From: Octopus vulgaris
Lineage: Eukaryota
Direction of reading: 5' to 3'
DNA length: 64,000 nt
NCBI GenBank assembly: GCA_951406725.2
Contig: OX597828.1
Location: forward strand, 73,780,001-73,844,000
The first letter of the stretch is position 1. Every line of letters starts with the position of its first letter. Below the pieces are notes generated by a model, which worked only from the letters and a program-made list of their open reading frames with translations, searched no databases and was not told where the DNA came from. Below are positions 46,311 to 62,139 of this stretch, piece after piece. The position numbers were made by a program, and so were the translations under genes.

Positions 46311-46924
46311 TGTAAAGCTAATATCCTAGGATCAAGGTGTAAGGAGTTAGTGAGTTTCGAGCCGTCTATAACAGGTAAAAAAACATCAACTTGGAGGATC
46401 AATAGTGGTTTATTGACGCCGAAGGTTTTGAATTTCTCCTGCATCGAAGTACGATAAGTTGGAAAAGGATTATTCTATAGTTCACGGTTAGAAACTGAGG
46501 TTGGTTTATATGCAGGTCAACTTCGAAAATTCTGAAATGGAAGAGGTAAAATCCGAGTTACATATGTTTCATAACCAGCAGATGGTCGGAAGTTGGAATT
46601 ATCCAAACGAGGAGAAGACACAAAGCTATTCTTCAGGCCAAAGATTCTTTGATTATATGAAGATCCCATTGTTGTCAGGAGATTCTGAGGTAACTCGTTG
46701 GAGATTCGAACAAAATGCGTAGAAAGTATTTGTGAAGTAGTAAAAATAAAAGTAATACATAGGTGCGAGGCGTGGGTGTGTGGTAAGAAGCTTGTTTCCT
46801 AACCACATGGTTTCGAGTTCAGTCCCACTGCCTAGCACCTTGTGGAAGTGTCTCCTACTATGGCCTCGGGCCGACCAAAATCCTGTGAGTGTATTCGGTA
46901 GAAGGAAACCGAAAGACGCCCAAA

Positions 46925-47000
<76 letters not shown>

Positions 47001-47009
47001 CTAAGTATA

Positions 47010-47048
<39 letters not shown>

Positions 47049-47053
<5 letters not shown>

Positions 47054-47896
47054 GGGCTTAGTAAAATAAATTACTTTGCCACATACTGAACTTAGTAGAA
47101 ATAGCAGCCAAAAAAAATTTTCTTAGCATTTCTATGTAGTAGAAATGCTAAGAAAAATTTTTTTTTTTGGCTGCTATTTCTACTAAGTTCAGTATGTGGC
47201 AAAGTAATTTATTTTACTAAGCCCTAATTATATAATGTAATATTTTGAATTCGCCTTAAATGGTCCTTTTACATACTGAACACTTGGTGAAATTGATTAA
47301 TTAATTAATTTTACCCTCAATTGTTGATATATATAATTCATTTCTCTCGATCATACTGCCTCGGTTCTCGCGGTTAAAATATAATGTTTGCTAGATAGAC
47401 CACGTGGGTGGAATGTGGAGTGCAGAATTTTACGCCTGCGCATTTTGAATTTGTTGACACAGTTTAGTTGGAGTGGTTCATCTGAAGCGACAAGTTCGCT
47501 GATAGGTAAAGTTCCTTCTTTTAGTGTTTCCAAATCCAAATTAAGAAATTTTGAGCTGACGAAAGAAATGCTGATTTTATTTGGCTAATCTTGAAACGTT
47601 AACGTACTCAAACGATCTATGTACTTGTGATATTTTTCTGTATTTACCCCCCCCAAACCTTCGTGAGCTGTCTGGAGTAAACATTATCTGAGAGAAATTT
47701 TCTTTAAGTAGTAGAAATGCTAAGAAAAATTTTTTTTTTTGGCTGCTATTTCTACTAAGTTCAGTATGTGGCAAAGTAATTTATTTTACTAAGCCCTAAT
47801 TATAAAATGTAATATTTTGAATTCGCCTTAAATGGTCCTTTTACATACTGAACACTTGGTGAAATTGATTAATTAATTAATTTTACCCTCAATTGT

Positions 47897-47898
<2 letters not shown>
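47049..47898 (+). mobile_element. Non-coding hammerhead retroelement: inverted 5' arm plus A-B-A partial tandem with 572-bp period
   Basis: 47049-47134 is the reverse complement of about 47140-47229; 47136-47326 is repeated at 47708-47898 almost identically; (TA)n on both sides. Confidence 0.9.
47550..47612 (+). ncRNA. Type I hammerhead ribozyme, canonical core
   Basis: tttgag CTGACGA aaga...tctt GAAA cgttaacg TA ctcaaa; 6-bp helix I; palindromic helix III acgttaacgt; GUA cleavage predicted after 47606. Confidence 0.88.
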
Positions 47899-47948
<50 letters not shown>

Positions 47949-48276
47949 ATGTATTTATTTGTGTGTCTGTGTTTGCCCCTCAGCCACCATCACTTGACAA
48001 CCGATGTTGGTGTTTTTACGTCTGTGTGTGTGTGTGTGTGTGCGTGTGTGTGTAAACAATAAGGACGTACCCACAAATTATCATTCGAAAAATTTTATCG
48101 AAATCGATCAGTCAAGCAAAAGCCCCAGGAGAACTTGTGCACGAGTTTCAATGCCTGAAATTGAACCCGTAACCAGTAGCTAAAAGTTGTTTTTATTAAC
48201 CACAATCACGACATAAAAACACACACACACACGCGCGTAAACATTCACACACACACACACATACATACATACATAC

Positions 48277-48336
<60 letters not shown>

Positions 48337-48340
48337 ATAT

Positions 48341-48378
<38 letters not shown>

Positions 48379-48683
48379 TGTACGTGTTCATGTTTATGTG
48401 TGCCTGCACACAATATAGATGGTGGAATAATGGAAACGTTTTAGAGCATATATGTCGGTACTGTTACACCCAGTGACGTCATGGACATGTAGAAAGTGAG
48501 CAATAATTCTCTATTAACTGTTTTTATAGAGAATTTACGGTGCCACAGACTGAGATAGATGATAGAAAATGTCTCTTATCTGTCTTTGCATTTCATTCGG
48601 ATTTACAAAGCAAATTTTGCATTTAATTCCATATATTTACACGCATACGCACATGCATACACACATACACACACACACAATTC

Positions 48684-48726
<43 letters not shown>

Positions 48727-48742
48727 TATGCACGTATACATG

Positions 48743-48800
<58 letters not shown>

Positions 48801-48801
48801 C

Positions 48802-48832
<31 letters not shown>

Positions 48833-48839
48833 CATATAT

Positions 48840-48919
<80 letters not shown>

Positions 48920-49117
48920 GCATGTATGCATGTATGTATGCATATATATATACACACACACGCATAAAATATGTATCTATCTTTCTATCTCCCTCTCTCC
49001 CTCTCTCTTTGTCTCTCTTTCTCTCTCTCTCTCTTTATATACATATATATATTTAAATAAATAGATAGATAGATAGATAGATAGAGATAGATAGATATAT
49101 AGATATATAGATAGATG

Positions 49118-49213
<96 letters not shown>

Positions 49214-49867
49214 TGTTTCGTGTGCAAATGTTTCAGCCAGCATTGATGGACAGATAGAGAGAGAGATTGACAGACAGACAAACAGATAGATAGATAGGTA
49301 AGTGGGTAGGTAGGTATGTAGGTAGGTAGGTACGTACGTACTTACGTAAGTGGGTGGTTGAGAGACATATAGACAGGCAGGCAGGTTGACAGACAGAAGA
49401 CAAACAGACAGACAGACAGGTAGGTAGGTAGGTAGGTAGGTAGGTAGGTAGGTAGATAGATAGATAGAGATTTATGTACAACCAATGAAACGAGCAATGT
49501 TTCCTTGAGGTAACCTTTGTAGTATGTGCGTGTGTGTGTGTGTGTGTGTGTGTGCTTTGAGTGTATGTGTGTGTATTTTTGCGTGCGTTGTACACATACA
49601 CTTGTGATGCAACCATCACTTCTGTGTCCGAGTGTCTCTCGTTCCTTTTTCTTCAATAAGAGAACAATACTGAAACGAAATAAAAATAATACACACATTT
49701 CTACATATATACAGATTCTACGCATCATGCTATATATATAACTGACTTTATATGTCACTATTTCAGTAAGATCTTTTGATGTATTCTCCTGTCCTCTCTA
49801 TCTCTCTCTCTCTCTATCTATCTATCTCTCTCGTTGTGTAAGTATATACATATACATACATACATAA

Positions 49868-49958
<91 letters not shown>

Positions 49959-50243
49959 CATGTATGGATGTCTATACATACATACATTCAGTGTGTGAGT
50001 GTATGTAGGATATATATAATTGTTATATATAGCTATATTTGATGGTTGTTCGTGCCTGCACACGCATAAACACACAAACACACATATACATAATTGTATA
50101 TATAATGGATAGGTAATTATATAGATATAGATGTACATGCATATATACACAAATAGAGATATATGTGTGTGTATACAAATATATACAAATATATACATAT
50201 ACGAAAAATATGTTTATGTATAAATATATATCTATAACGAAGT

Positions 50244-50274
<31 letters not shown>

Positions 50275-51024
50275 GTGGTAGTGTGTATATCATTGTATGT
50301 TGATATGGATGTATGTATATATACATACATATATATATATGCATACATAATACATACATATATACATACATACATACATACATACATACATACGTGCATG
50401 CGTACATACAGATACGCAGAATAAATATGATATTTATATATTATTAGATGAAAATATTTCAATGGCGTTATTAATACAGATCTTCGTTACATAAAACCAG
50501 ATATTTGTTTAATGTTGTGTAAAAGCTACAAAGGAATAAAAACAGTTTGTTTAGACAATATTTGGTCTACCTTTTATGGGTTGTCTCATAAATCGTTAAA
50601 AACGCTGAATTTTAACTTGTTATGACCAACTTTCCAAACAAAATATTGACTTCACTCCTTTAAAAAATGTCAGGCACAATGGCGGATACGCACGCACAGA
50701 GAACGTCATAGAGATATCGACGCAACAAAATGACACACTTAAAATATACTCCGAAATCTAAACATATATAAGTATATATGTAGAAAAAGATTTATACGCA
50801 AATATACACGCCACGCAAATAATTTAATTTTATATATTTCCAATAAATATTTCATACGTTAAATCTAATAAAATTTCTAAAAGTCTACACACACACAAAC
50901 AGATAGACAGGTAGATGCTAGATAGATAGATACATACCTACATAATACATACATACATACATATATATATATATATACATACATACATCATACATATATA
51001 CATACATATGTAGGTAGGTAGATA

Positions 51025-51033
51025 ATGATAATA

Positions 51034-51088
<55 letters not shown>

Positions 51089-51153
51089 TAATAATAATAA
51101 TAATAATGATAATAATAATAATAATGATAATAATAATAATAATAATAATAATG

Positions 51154-51220
<67 letters not shown>

Positions 51221-51227
51221 TGATGAA

Positions 51228-51259
<32 letters not shown>

Positions 51260-51276
51260 TAATAATAATAATAATG

Positions 51277-51310
<34 letters not shown>

Positions 51311-51513
51311 TAATAATAATAATAATAATAATGATAATAATAATAATAATAATGGTAATAATAATACTACTACTAATAATAATAATAATGATAATAATAA
51401 TAATAATGATAATAATAATAATAATGATAATAATAATAATAATAATAATGATAATAATAATAATAATAATGATAATAATAATAATAATTATGATAATAAT
51501 AATAATAATAATG

Positions 51514-51562
<49 letters not shown>

Positions 51563-51579
51563 TAATAATAATAATAATG

Positions 51580-51638
<59 letters not shown>

Positions 51639-51648
51639 GATAATAACG

Positions 51649-51708
<60 letters not shown>
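51025..51708. repeat. (ATA/ATG)n trinucleotide array
   Basis: Directly visible. Confidence 0.95.
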
Positions 51709-51960
51709 TTAATCTTTTCTGTGGATAAAAGATCTCAGATTTTTAGGATTAAGGGTGTAGGCAATTACGTCGACCCCGGTACCTTATTAGTACATTCTTT
51801 TACCGACCCCGAAAGGAGGAGAGGCAATGTCGACCTCGGTAGAATTTGACCTCAATACGTACAGGCGGACGAAATGCCGCAAAGCACTTTGTCCGGCGTG
51901 TTAGTGATTCCGTCAAATAATAAAAATAAACTAATAATTATAACTATTTTGGGGTATACC

Positions 51961-52999
<1,039 letters not shown>

Positions 53000-53834
53000 A
53001 CATGTAATGTACGTAGTGTAGTTTTAGTGGAAAAGTATAGTTTTGTGAATAAGTTTGTTGTACCCAGTTTCAATATTTATTTTTCATTTCAAAAGGTGGC
53101 GGTAGTTTCGACGTTTATGCAACACAAACTTTTCAATGAGTTGGAAGATTTGATATTCGTCACTGAGAAACATATAATACATATTGCTTATAGATCTTGT
53201 TTTAATGGCTGAAACTGAATTATCGATTACAAAATAATATTGACGCACCAATGGAAATGACTCATCGATATTTTGTTCAATATATGACAAACAAATGGAG
53301 AAATATTGAGATGTAACCATGTATCGGGGTGAAAGTACGGTGAAAAGTATGTGTTTATGGGGTAACGTTTACTATGGAGGTCATTCAACTCATTGTAATG
53401 GTTTATGAAAATGTAAGGAGTTCTGAAACGAAACGTATCTTCAAATGAAATGTCTGCTGTCACACCACGAATAGTTTACAAACCAATAAAACTTGGTTTT
53501 GCAATCAACCAATCAACATGGTACTAATAACAAAACAATTAATATGGACTCTTGCTGTGGGTGTATATGAATGGACAGATGAAACGTTCCTGGCATTGGG
53601 TAAAACAAAATACAGGAGGATCAATTAATTTCAATTTTATTCAATATATTGCCCTCTCAGATTCACTCACTTATGATAGCGGTCCTTCAGTTTTCCCAAG
53701 CCCTGTAAAAGAACTCGCAAGGTTGAGCCCCAACCGGGCCTTTCACATTACCCTCAAAGCCAGGAACTTTTTAGCACCCACTCTTGAGCTCTGTTTGATA
53801 GCCTATGGAAGACAAGAACTTTAGCGAGTTTCGT

Positions 53835-54750
53835 ACGAGGGTGGGCTAAATAATTCATAGGCGGACTATAAAGGACTGATGCCACAGTTGTGAAATCCTG
53901 CATGCATTAATTTCAACTCATCTTATTCACATATGCATGGTTTCTTTCTAGGGAAACTGACATTTGACTGTTCAAAGAAGGCTTGAAAACAGGGGCGTGT
54001 CGCCTGGGTAGGCCAGATAGGCAGTACCTTCCCTGAATAAAATAGATCGAGAGTACCATTTTCTCTTAATGGCAAAATATACACCTAATTCAATAAAATT
54101 ATGAAGGTTACTCTGGTTATTATGCATAAAATGCAAAATATTTTATTTTTGCGTAGATTAAGTAGGCATAATTCACCCCTGCCTTCCAATCTCAGTATTA
54201 AAGCTATGCATAGAACTGCTGTAGTACACATGCTGCGTACATTCCTACAACACCGTTTTCTTTACGCGCTATAAAGGCAGAAGTAAATCTGCCTTCAACC
54301 CAGTCGCACGCCTGTGTTTCGTTTATTTTTTGATGTTTTACAACATAAATGTCACCAACTGCCTACCCTGAATAATTACTGACGGCACGTGCCTGCTTCA
54401 AAAGTAACAACCAACGACTTCTCTCGAAAAATGGACAAAATTTGGCAGCGTGGTGTTATCAAGTAACTACAAAAGAAAAGTGCTTAGTCCCCACCACCAA
54501 CAAAGACATTCATACTGACATGGTTGCTACTTTAAGGATCGAGGCTCCAGCTTTATCAACAATGTAAAAGCTGACAGGTGAGTTTAGGAGGGGAAAATGA
54601 TCCGGGGTCTGGACATCCTGCAACTACCACGACCGATGTAATTATTGATCGTGTTCACCACACGGTGATGGATGGCAGGCGATTGATTATAAATCACACA
54701 ACCAATATCTCTAGCTTATTCTATGAAAGAGTTGACAGTATTCTGCCCAA
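53835..54750 (+). mobile_element. 5' part of a decayed mariner element
   Basis: TA-cgagggtgg start; MDKIWQRGVIK..KDIH; ENDPGSGHP..IDRVHHTVMDGRRL. Confidence 0.75.
53990..54395. mobile_element. hAT-like MITE nested in the mariner
   Basis: Imperfect TIRs caggggcgtgtcgcc / gacggcacgtgcctg; 8-bp TSD cttgaaaa / cttcaaaa. Confidence 0.65.
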
Positions 54751-55614
54751 CTGTTGTCCTTGTGCCAAAATTCCAAACCAATATACAAAGTGTTCGTAAT
54801 TACGTTAAGCACTTCCACAATTTGTTGTCTAGGTTTGTTGCGTTCAAGAAGTTGAACCCAGATAGGAGAGTTCCGATGATCCTAATTAATCTTTATTCGT
54901 TTGCCTATGTTTTCCAATAAACTCGGCCGAATTATCCTTCTTTTCGAATTTTTCTAATTTTTTTCAAGTTGTGAAGCTAATTTATGGACAAACTGTATTT
55001 ACAATACGGTTGTTGCCGACTTGAACTCATTACAAAGAATGCAAAATAAATTTTCGTGACCTCGAACACTCTAAATTTGAAAATACCATTTTTTTTTTTT
55101 GTTTCTAACAGGATTTATTAGAATAGATCTTGTCAGGTGGAGAGCTGGCAGAATCATTGCTGGACAAAACGCTTAGCAGCATTTCGTCCGTCTTTGAGTT
55201 CTGGTATCAAATTCCGCTGAGGTGGACTTTGCCTTTCATCTTTTGGGAGTCGATAAAAGGAATAACTACTTGAACACAGAGGTCAACGTAATTGATTGCA
55301 TCAGACCCCAAAATTTTAGATCTTCTACCTATAGTAAAAAGGATTGTTAGGAAAGGTACTGAGTCTACAACAACGAATTTGAGCAATTTTCTCATGTCTT
55401 TTGATTTTAGGCAGCTAAATATCCAGGTTTGTTCGTGTTCGAACCAAACTGTTGATGAATCAGCAGCACTTTACAAGGCCGATGCAAGAAAAACACTAAG
55501 CAATCGCTGCCCTATTAATAGCAGGATTAAGGTCCTGAATCTCTTGAATAAAAAGGGAAAAGACATGATGGTCACGGCTGAAATGACTTCCGTCGAAAGT
55601 CCGATGCTCTATCA

Positions 55615-55829
55615 TTCTTTTCTATTCTAGGCACAAGACCCGAATTTGGGGGGGAGGGGCCAGTCGATTTGATCGACCGCAATACGCAACTGGTACATAA
55701 TATATCGACCCCGAAAGGATGAAAAGCAAAGTCGACCTCGGCGAAATTTGAACTCAGAACGTTAAGACAGACGAAATACTACTAAGCATTTCGCCCGGTG
55801 TGCTAACGTTTCTGCCAGCTCGCCGCCTT
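55615..55829 (-). mobile_element. SINE family B, monomeric
   Basis: Matches the reverse complement of the 29628 head and 3' body. Confidence 0.88.
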
Positions 55830-57947
55830 CCGATGCTCTATTAGTGCCGTCCTGAAACGAATGAATATTGACATTAACAGCAGCGAAAGTAGCAAACAGC
55901 AGCAACAACAACAACAGCATCAGAAACAAGAACAACAACAGCTATAACGTCTACAGCTTCTTCATTTTATCACTATGAAAATTTCGAATTTCTGTCCATT
56001 TATCCTTCAAAACCTGTCGCCCACCTAACACGGACGAACGACTGAAAACAAGAATTTATCAGACATGTGGATATCTTTGTTTGAAATGCAGTCTCCTGAT
56101 TCGTGCGATTGAAACCGGTGCATTGGAAAAGATAAGAACCACGCTGTATGTTAGATCCTTTGCAACATCTTCAGGATACATCCACAATATTGATTTCAAG
56201 CAATGCATCAGATTTTGATAGATTATTTAAATCATGTGTTTGTCTAATAATTCTATTAGAGATTTTGAAAGCTATCCTCGTTACTCTTGTATTCAAAAAG
56301 TTGTTGATAACATTACTGAAAACAAAACATCTTTTAAATTTCCAGCATGGATTTTTCGACAAGTTATCAATCATAGACTGAGCAGAAATAATTGCTTCCC
56401 TAAAATTTCTTTCTCTTGGCTCTTTTATAATTTACACGGAAATAACTTGTGCCAACAAAGGAACAACATCGCGTCGTATGGTGTCCTTTCCTACCTATCC
56501 AATCCAACTCATTCTTTGCAAGTAATATAGCCAAACAGTATTCAAATTTCACTGAAAGTCGGTTTGAAATTAAATTAGAGTTTTGAGAATAGATGCCTAT
56601 TTCAGCGCAATATCAAGAGCTTTGTTTTCGGGTTGTACTTTTTAAATTTACATTGATAACTAATTGAAAGTGAATTTTCCTATGCAAATGAACATTCGTC
56701 AGTGGACGCTGAAATGCAATTTCAACAAAATGTATAAAACGAAATCGATTTCAGAAAAGGATTCAAGTTTGTATTTCAATTTAAATTCCATCGCCATCAG
56801 CCTCTTGTAGTAGATACATGAGATTTTACGATCTAATGAAAAAGCTTCAACGTGAAGACTAAATAGGATAGAAACAGCGGCTAAACGTCCTTCTAATCAA
56901 ACTCTACCTTCCTAGAAAAAGAAAAAAGAAAGAAGCAAGAGCATGTCAGATATCCAAATGGTAGATACCGCTACATAGATGGTATGGTCTCAACGCGTTC
57001 GGCTTAGCCTGTTGCCTCCATAAGAACTAACCAACAAAACAAGAAGCTAGAGTACATTTAACAGAGTTCACTAGGATGGAAGTGTTCTGTCCAAATCTCA
57101 ATTCCTTCCCCAATTGTAATTTTCTTTTCTTGTTCCGGCAGACATCCACCGACCAATATTCATGGCGGGAATCAAAGCCATCCACCTTACCATTGTTGGA
57201 CGGCAATTTTACGCGTCATAGTTTTTTCCTCTTGGTATAGAACGCATGGGAAAAACAAAAACCGTTTTATCACCGTTATAAAACAGCGTCGGCAGCGTTA
57301 GCAGCAACTTCTGCGGCAACAGACAGGAATGTAACGATTATTTATGTTCCACTAAGAAGATAATCTACAACCAATAATATCCTTAAGACTCTTAATTCGA
57401 TCGAACGATCAAACATCTCGATATCACGCACGGGACTATATCACATGACTGTCAGGAATGCCATCCAGGGAGCAAAACTTCAATGGAAAAGATCCGTAAA
57501 ATAGATCGATTAATGACTTCACGGCCTTTTAGTTAGCTATGTCATTAGACTAGACTTCTAATTAAAGGATTTCTAAAAATCTTCTTTGATGCAAATATCG
57601 ACTGGATTGTTGGTAGTGGATGGGAAGACAAACGCTGTTGTTGTTGTTGTTGTTGTTATTGTCGTTAATGTTGAGTCGATAATGTTTCTGTAGTTCTTTT
57701 TATTGTTTTCATTTAGCTCCAGTTTAACCAGCATGCAGCAGGAATACAACCGAAGACATTCCAGCTGCGCCCATCCAGTGTTGTCTTTCCTGTTGAAAAG
57801 AAGAGTTTGTAATTAGAAAGAGATTTAGTCGTTATTTCTAGCAGGGGCTGAGTGACAACGAAGATGTACCATCATATTTTGTTGCATGCTTGGTAATGGT
57901 CGTGGTGTGATTTAACCCTAGGTCAACTCTGGTCGAGCAGACATATG

Positions 57948-58523
57948 GGATTTATTTGGTTTGGTTGCCAGCATTTCAAAATTCAAATTTATCGAAAATT
58001 TTAAAATTTGACACATTAACATTCTTTTCCAAGCTGAATTGCAGGAGTTATTTCCCTTTTTCCAGAAAAATGCTTTTAAAAAGTTATAGAAGTTTAAACT
58101 TTGATCATTTTCGCCCAATCAGGAAACAGGATTTGCAAAACGAAAGCTAGAAATGCATTCAATCAATTTCTCAAACTAACCAGAATTTTCATTTCTCCTG
58201 AGCCACATAAATTCACATGCTAAATTGTTAACATGGGTAAAACAAGTGGTTTCAAAATATTTATCACTCGTGTTTTCTTGCAGACAAAATATTTCTCGTG
58301 TTCCGCTTGTTACTATGGAAATAGACATGAATGTATCTGTAGCTTATGATTTGCTAAAATTACCCAAAATTTTTAAACTTTAATTGCTAATAACTCTTTA
58401 TTTATTGATTTGTAGCGAAAATGATTTTCCCGGCATTCATCAGCCTATAAAAGTGTATCATTACACTGAATATGAAATCAATTCAAACAGAAATTAATGC
58501 CGGCAACCAAACCGAATGGATCC
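57948..58523. mobile_element. MITE with 28-bp TIRs, possibly Merlin-like
   Basis: ggatttatttggtttggttgccagcatt / aatgccggcaaccaaaccgaatggatcc; flanks gacatatg / gacaaagg (6/8). Confidence 0.7.
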
Positions 58524-58860
58524 GACAAAGGGGTTCCTGCCATGAGCATGCCGACTTTTTATTATACAGTATAAATTTGATTACTTTGTGAAAGTGCAAA
58601 TCCTAGATGAATTCCATCTGCTGCAGAGTTGACAACCCCTCGCAGACTATTCGTCACATGATAATATGTCACATGATGCCTTTGGATAGCTATAGCACAC
58701 ATGAAGGTGATATTTATGGATAATGCATTGGGCTGTCTTTGGTTAAGTTTCTATGGTGCGATTTGAGGGTGATTTGGATACAACTTTTAGGAGGTCGAGC
58801 GACCATTTAGACTAGTTTTAAATTGAATATATAATACTTGTTCGAAATGAATATTTAAAT

Positions 58861-59398
<538 letters not shown>

Positions 59399-59481
59399 GA
59401 TGAAAAGAAAAAATATCAGGAATAAAATGGGAGGCACATGACTTTAAATGAAGCCGATGACATATATTAATTATATATATT

Positions 59482-59652
59482 AGGCGCAGGAGTAGATGTG
59501 TGGTAAGTAGCTTGCTAACCAACCACATGGTTCCGGGTTCAGTCCCACTGCGTGGCATCTTGGGCAAGTGTCTTCTGTTATAGCCCCGGGCCGACCAATG
59601 CCTTGTGAGTGGATTTGGTAGACGGAAACTGAAAGAAGCCTGTCGTATATAC

Positions 59653-59700
<48 letters not shown>

Positions 59701-59937
59701 ATGTATGTGTGTGTGTGTGTTTGTGCGTCTGTGTTTGTCCCCCTAGCATTGCTTGACAACCGATGCTGGTGTGTTTACGTCCCCGTCACCTAGCAGTTCG
59801 GGAAAAGAGACCGATAGAATAAGTACTAGGCTTACAAAGAATAAGTCCCGGCGTCGATTTGCTTGACTATAGGCGGTGCTCCAGCATGGCCGCAGTCAAA
59901 TGACTGAAACAAGTAAAAGAGTAGAGTAAAAGAGTAA
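59482..59937 (+). mobile_element. SINE family A
   Basis: Full head, internal microsatellite, (gtaaaaga)n tail. Confidence 0.92.
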
Positions 59938-60032
59938 TCTATATATATATACTGTATTAAAACCTTATTAATTTTATAATCTATTTATATGACTACTTTT
60001 ATAATATCGGTGTGATAAATGCTTTCTTATTA

Positions 60033-60124
<92 letters not shown>

Positions 60125-60126
<2 letters not shown>

Positions 60127-60476
60127 CATAATAAAGGGGTAAAATCAATAATAATTTTACCAGGTAGTCAGTGCGGAAATAAATACCTCATAGATAAATT
60201 TTAGAAAATATTCTATAATTATACATATAATTATAACAAGGGGTCGGCTTTACGCCTCATCACGCACTGCAAGGAATAGACGCTAAAGCCTCTATTACTG
60301 CCTTAAAATCTCCAAGAATAACACACTATATTGTAGGCAAGCAAAAGGACAATAATGAATCAAATTACCTACAATATAGTGTCTTATTCTCGAAGATTTC
60401 AAGGTAGTAATAGGGAATCTAGCGTCTATATCTTGCAGTGTTTGGTGAGGCGTAAAGCCGATCTTTTGTTATAACT
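60125..60476 (-). mobile_element. Older fold-back element; arms 60229-60337 / 60368-60476
   Basis: 109-bp arms with about 18 substitutions; relic tgatga-ggc-gtaaa-gcc-ga motif. Confidence 0.75.
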
Positions 60477-60480
60477 ATAC

Positions 60481-60697
60481 TCTTTACTCTTTACTCTTTT
60501 ACTTGTTTCAGTCATTTGACTGCGGCCATTGTGGAGCACCGCCTTTAATCGAGCAACTCGACCCCGGGACTTATTCTTTTTGTAAGCCCAGTACTTAATC
60601 TATCCGTCTCTTTTTGCCGAACCGCTAAGTAACGGGGACATAAACACACCAGCATCGGTTGTCAAGCAATGCTAGGGGGACAAACACAGACACACAA

Positions 60698-60757
<60 letters not shown>

Positions 60758-60920
60758 GACGGGCTTCTTTCAGTTTCCGTCTACCAAATCCACTCACAAG
60801 GCTTTGGTCGGCCCGAGGCTATAGCAGAAGACATTTGCCCAAGGTGCCACACAGTGGGACTGAACCCAGAACTATGTGGTTGGTAAACAAGCTACTTACC
60901 ACACAGCCACCCCTGCGCCT
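60481..60920 (-). mobile_element. SINE family A
   Basis: Reverse complement of 59482-59937. Confidence 0.92.
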
Positions 60921-60990
60921 ATGTATATAATTATAAAATATTATGTGCGTGTGTATTGGAAAGTGTGAGAGATCCTTGGTACAGTTAGGT

Positions 60991-61331
<341 letters not shown>

Positions 61332-61670
61332 TTTGTATGTGTGTGTAGGTTGGTGTGAGGGAATGTGTGGGGGTCTGTTAGTATCCTTTAGTCCACTGGG
61401 AAGTATCGAAAAATGTAAACAATATTTGTTTGAATTTGTGAAGGTCTCACGGTGTTGAGTAAAAAACATTGAGTTTCACCTTAATACACATTATTAATTA
61501 TCGATAAACGCTAATTAATGCAATAATTACATGCACATCTGTGTGTGTGCGTGTGTATGTGTCTGTGTGTGCGTGTGTGTGTATGTGTGTGTGTAACATG
61601 TACCTATTATCATGCACGAACACGAGTACAAACACACACATACACGCATACACGTGTGTGTATGTGTACG

Positions 61671-61746
<76 letters not shown>

Positions 61747-61748
<2 letters not shown>

Positions 61749-62131
61749 AGCAAAATACTCCCCGTCCAATGGACGGTGCTGAGTTGTCAAACATTTAGAC
61801 CAAATTTTCTCAAAACAACCTGTCCGACCGTCCCATAGGCCTCCCCTTTGAGAAACACTGATTTAACCTAAATTTGAGACACCAGCAAAAGAAGAAATAA
61901 AGATAGACTTTTTTCCATTCCAAGAAAAGCGATTTTACAAATGCACGTTCCCACAGCTTTCGATCGCATTCTCACCTGGAATCGATTTTTGTAATTTTTT
62001 CAAGACTTATACACACCCTGATACCGTCGGTATCTATATATCAAATTTGAGCGCAATCAGATAGAGGATACCCGAGATACTAGAAGACACACACACAGAC
62101 AGACAGACAGAACAGATTTCACATAATAGAT
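61747..62131 (-). mobile_element. Non-autonomous Helitron
   Basis: 5' A/TC start, (gtct)n, 3' hairpin ccgtcc-att-ggacgg and CTTG/T end. Confidence 0.75.
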
Positions 62132-62139
62132 ATATATAT

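Larger units (their letters stand above)
46761..48022 (+). mobile_element. SINE family A split by the hammerhead element in its (TA)n
   Basis: Head 46761-46920; body resumes at about 47955 (gtgtctgtgtttg..ttgacaaccgatgttggtg). Confidence 0.8.

Noticed and set aside
46330-46720. Possible PLE end with a gctcgaaactc hammerhead relic on the minus strand; similar case at 61330-61500
   Set aside because: CUGANGA core and helix I not recoverable
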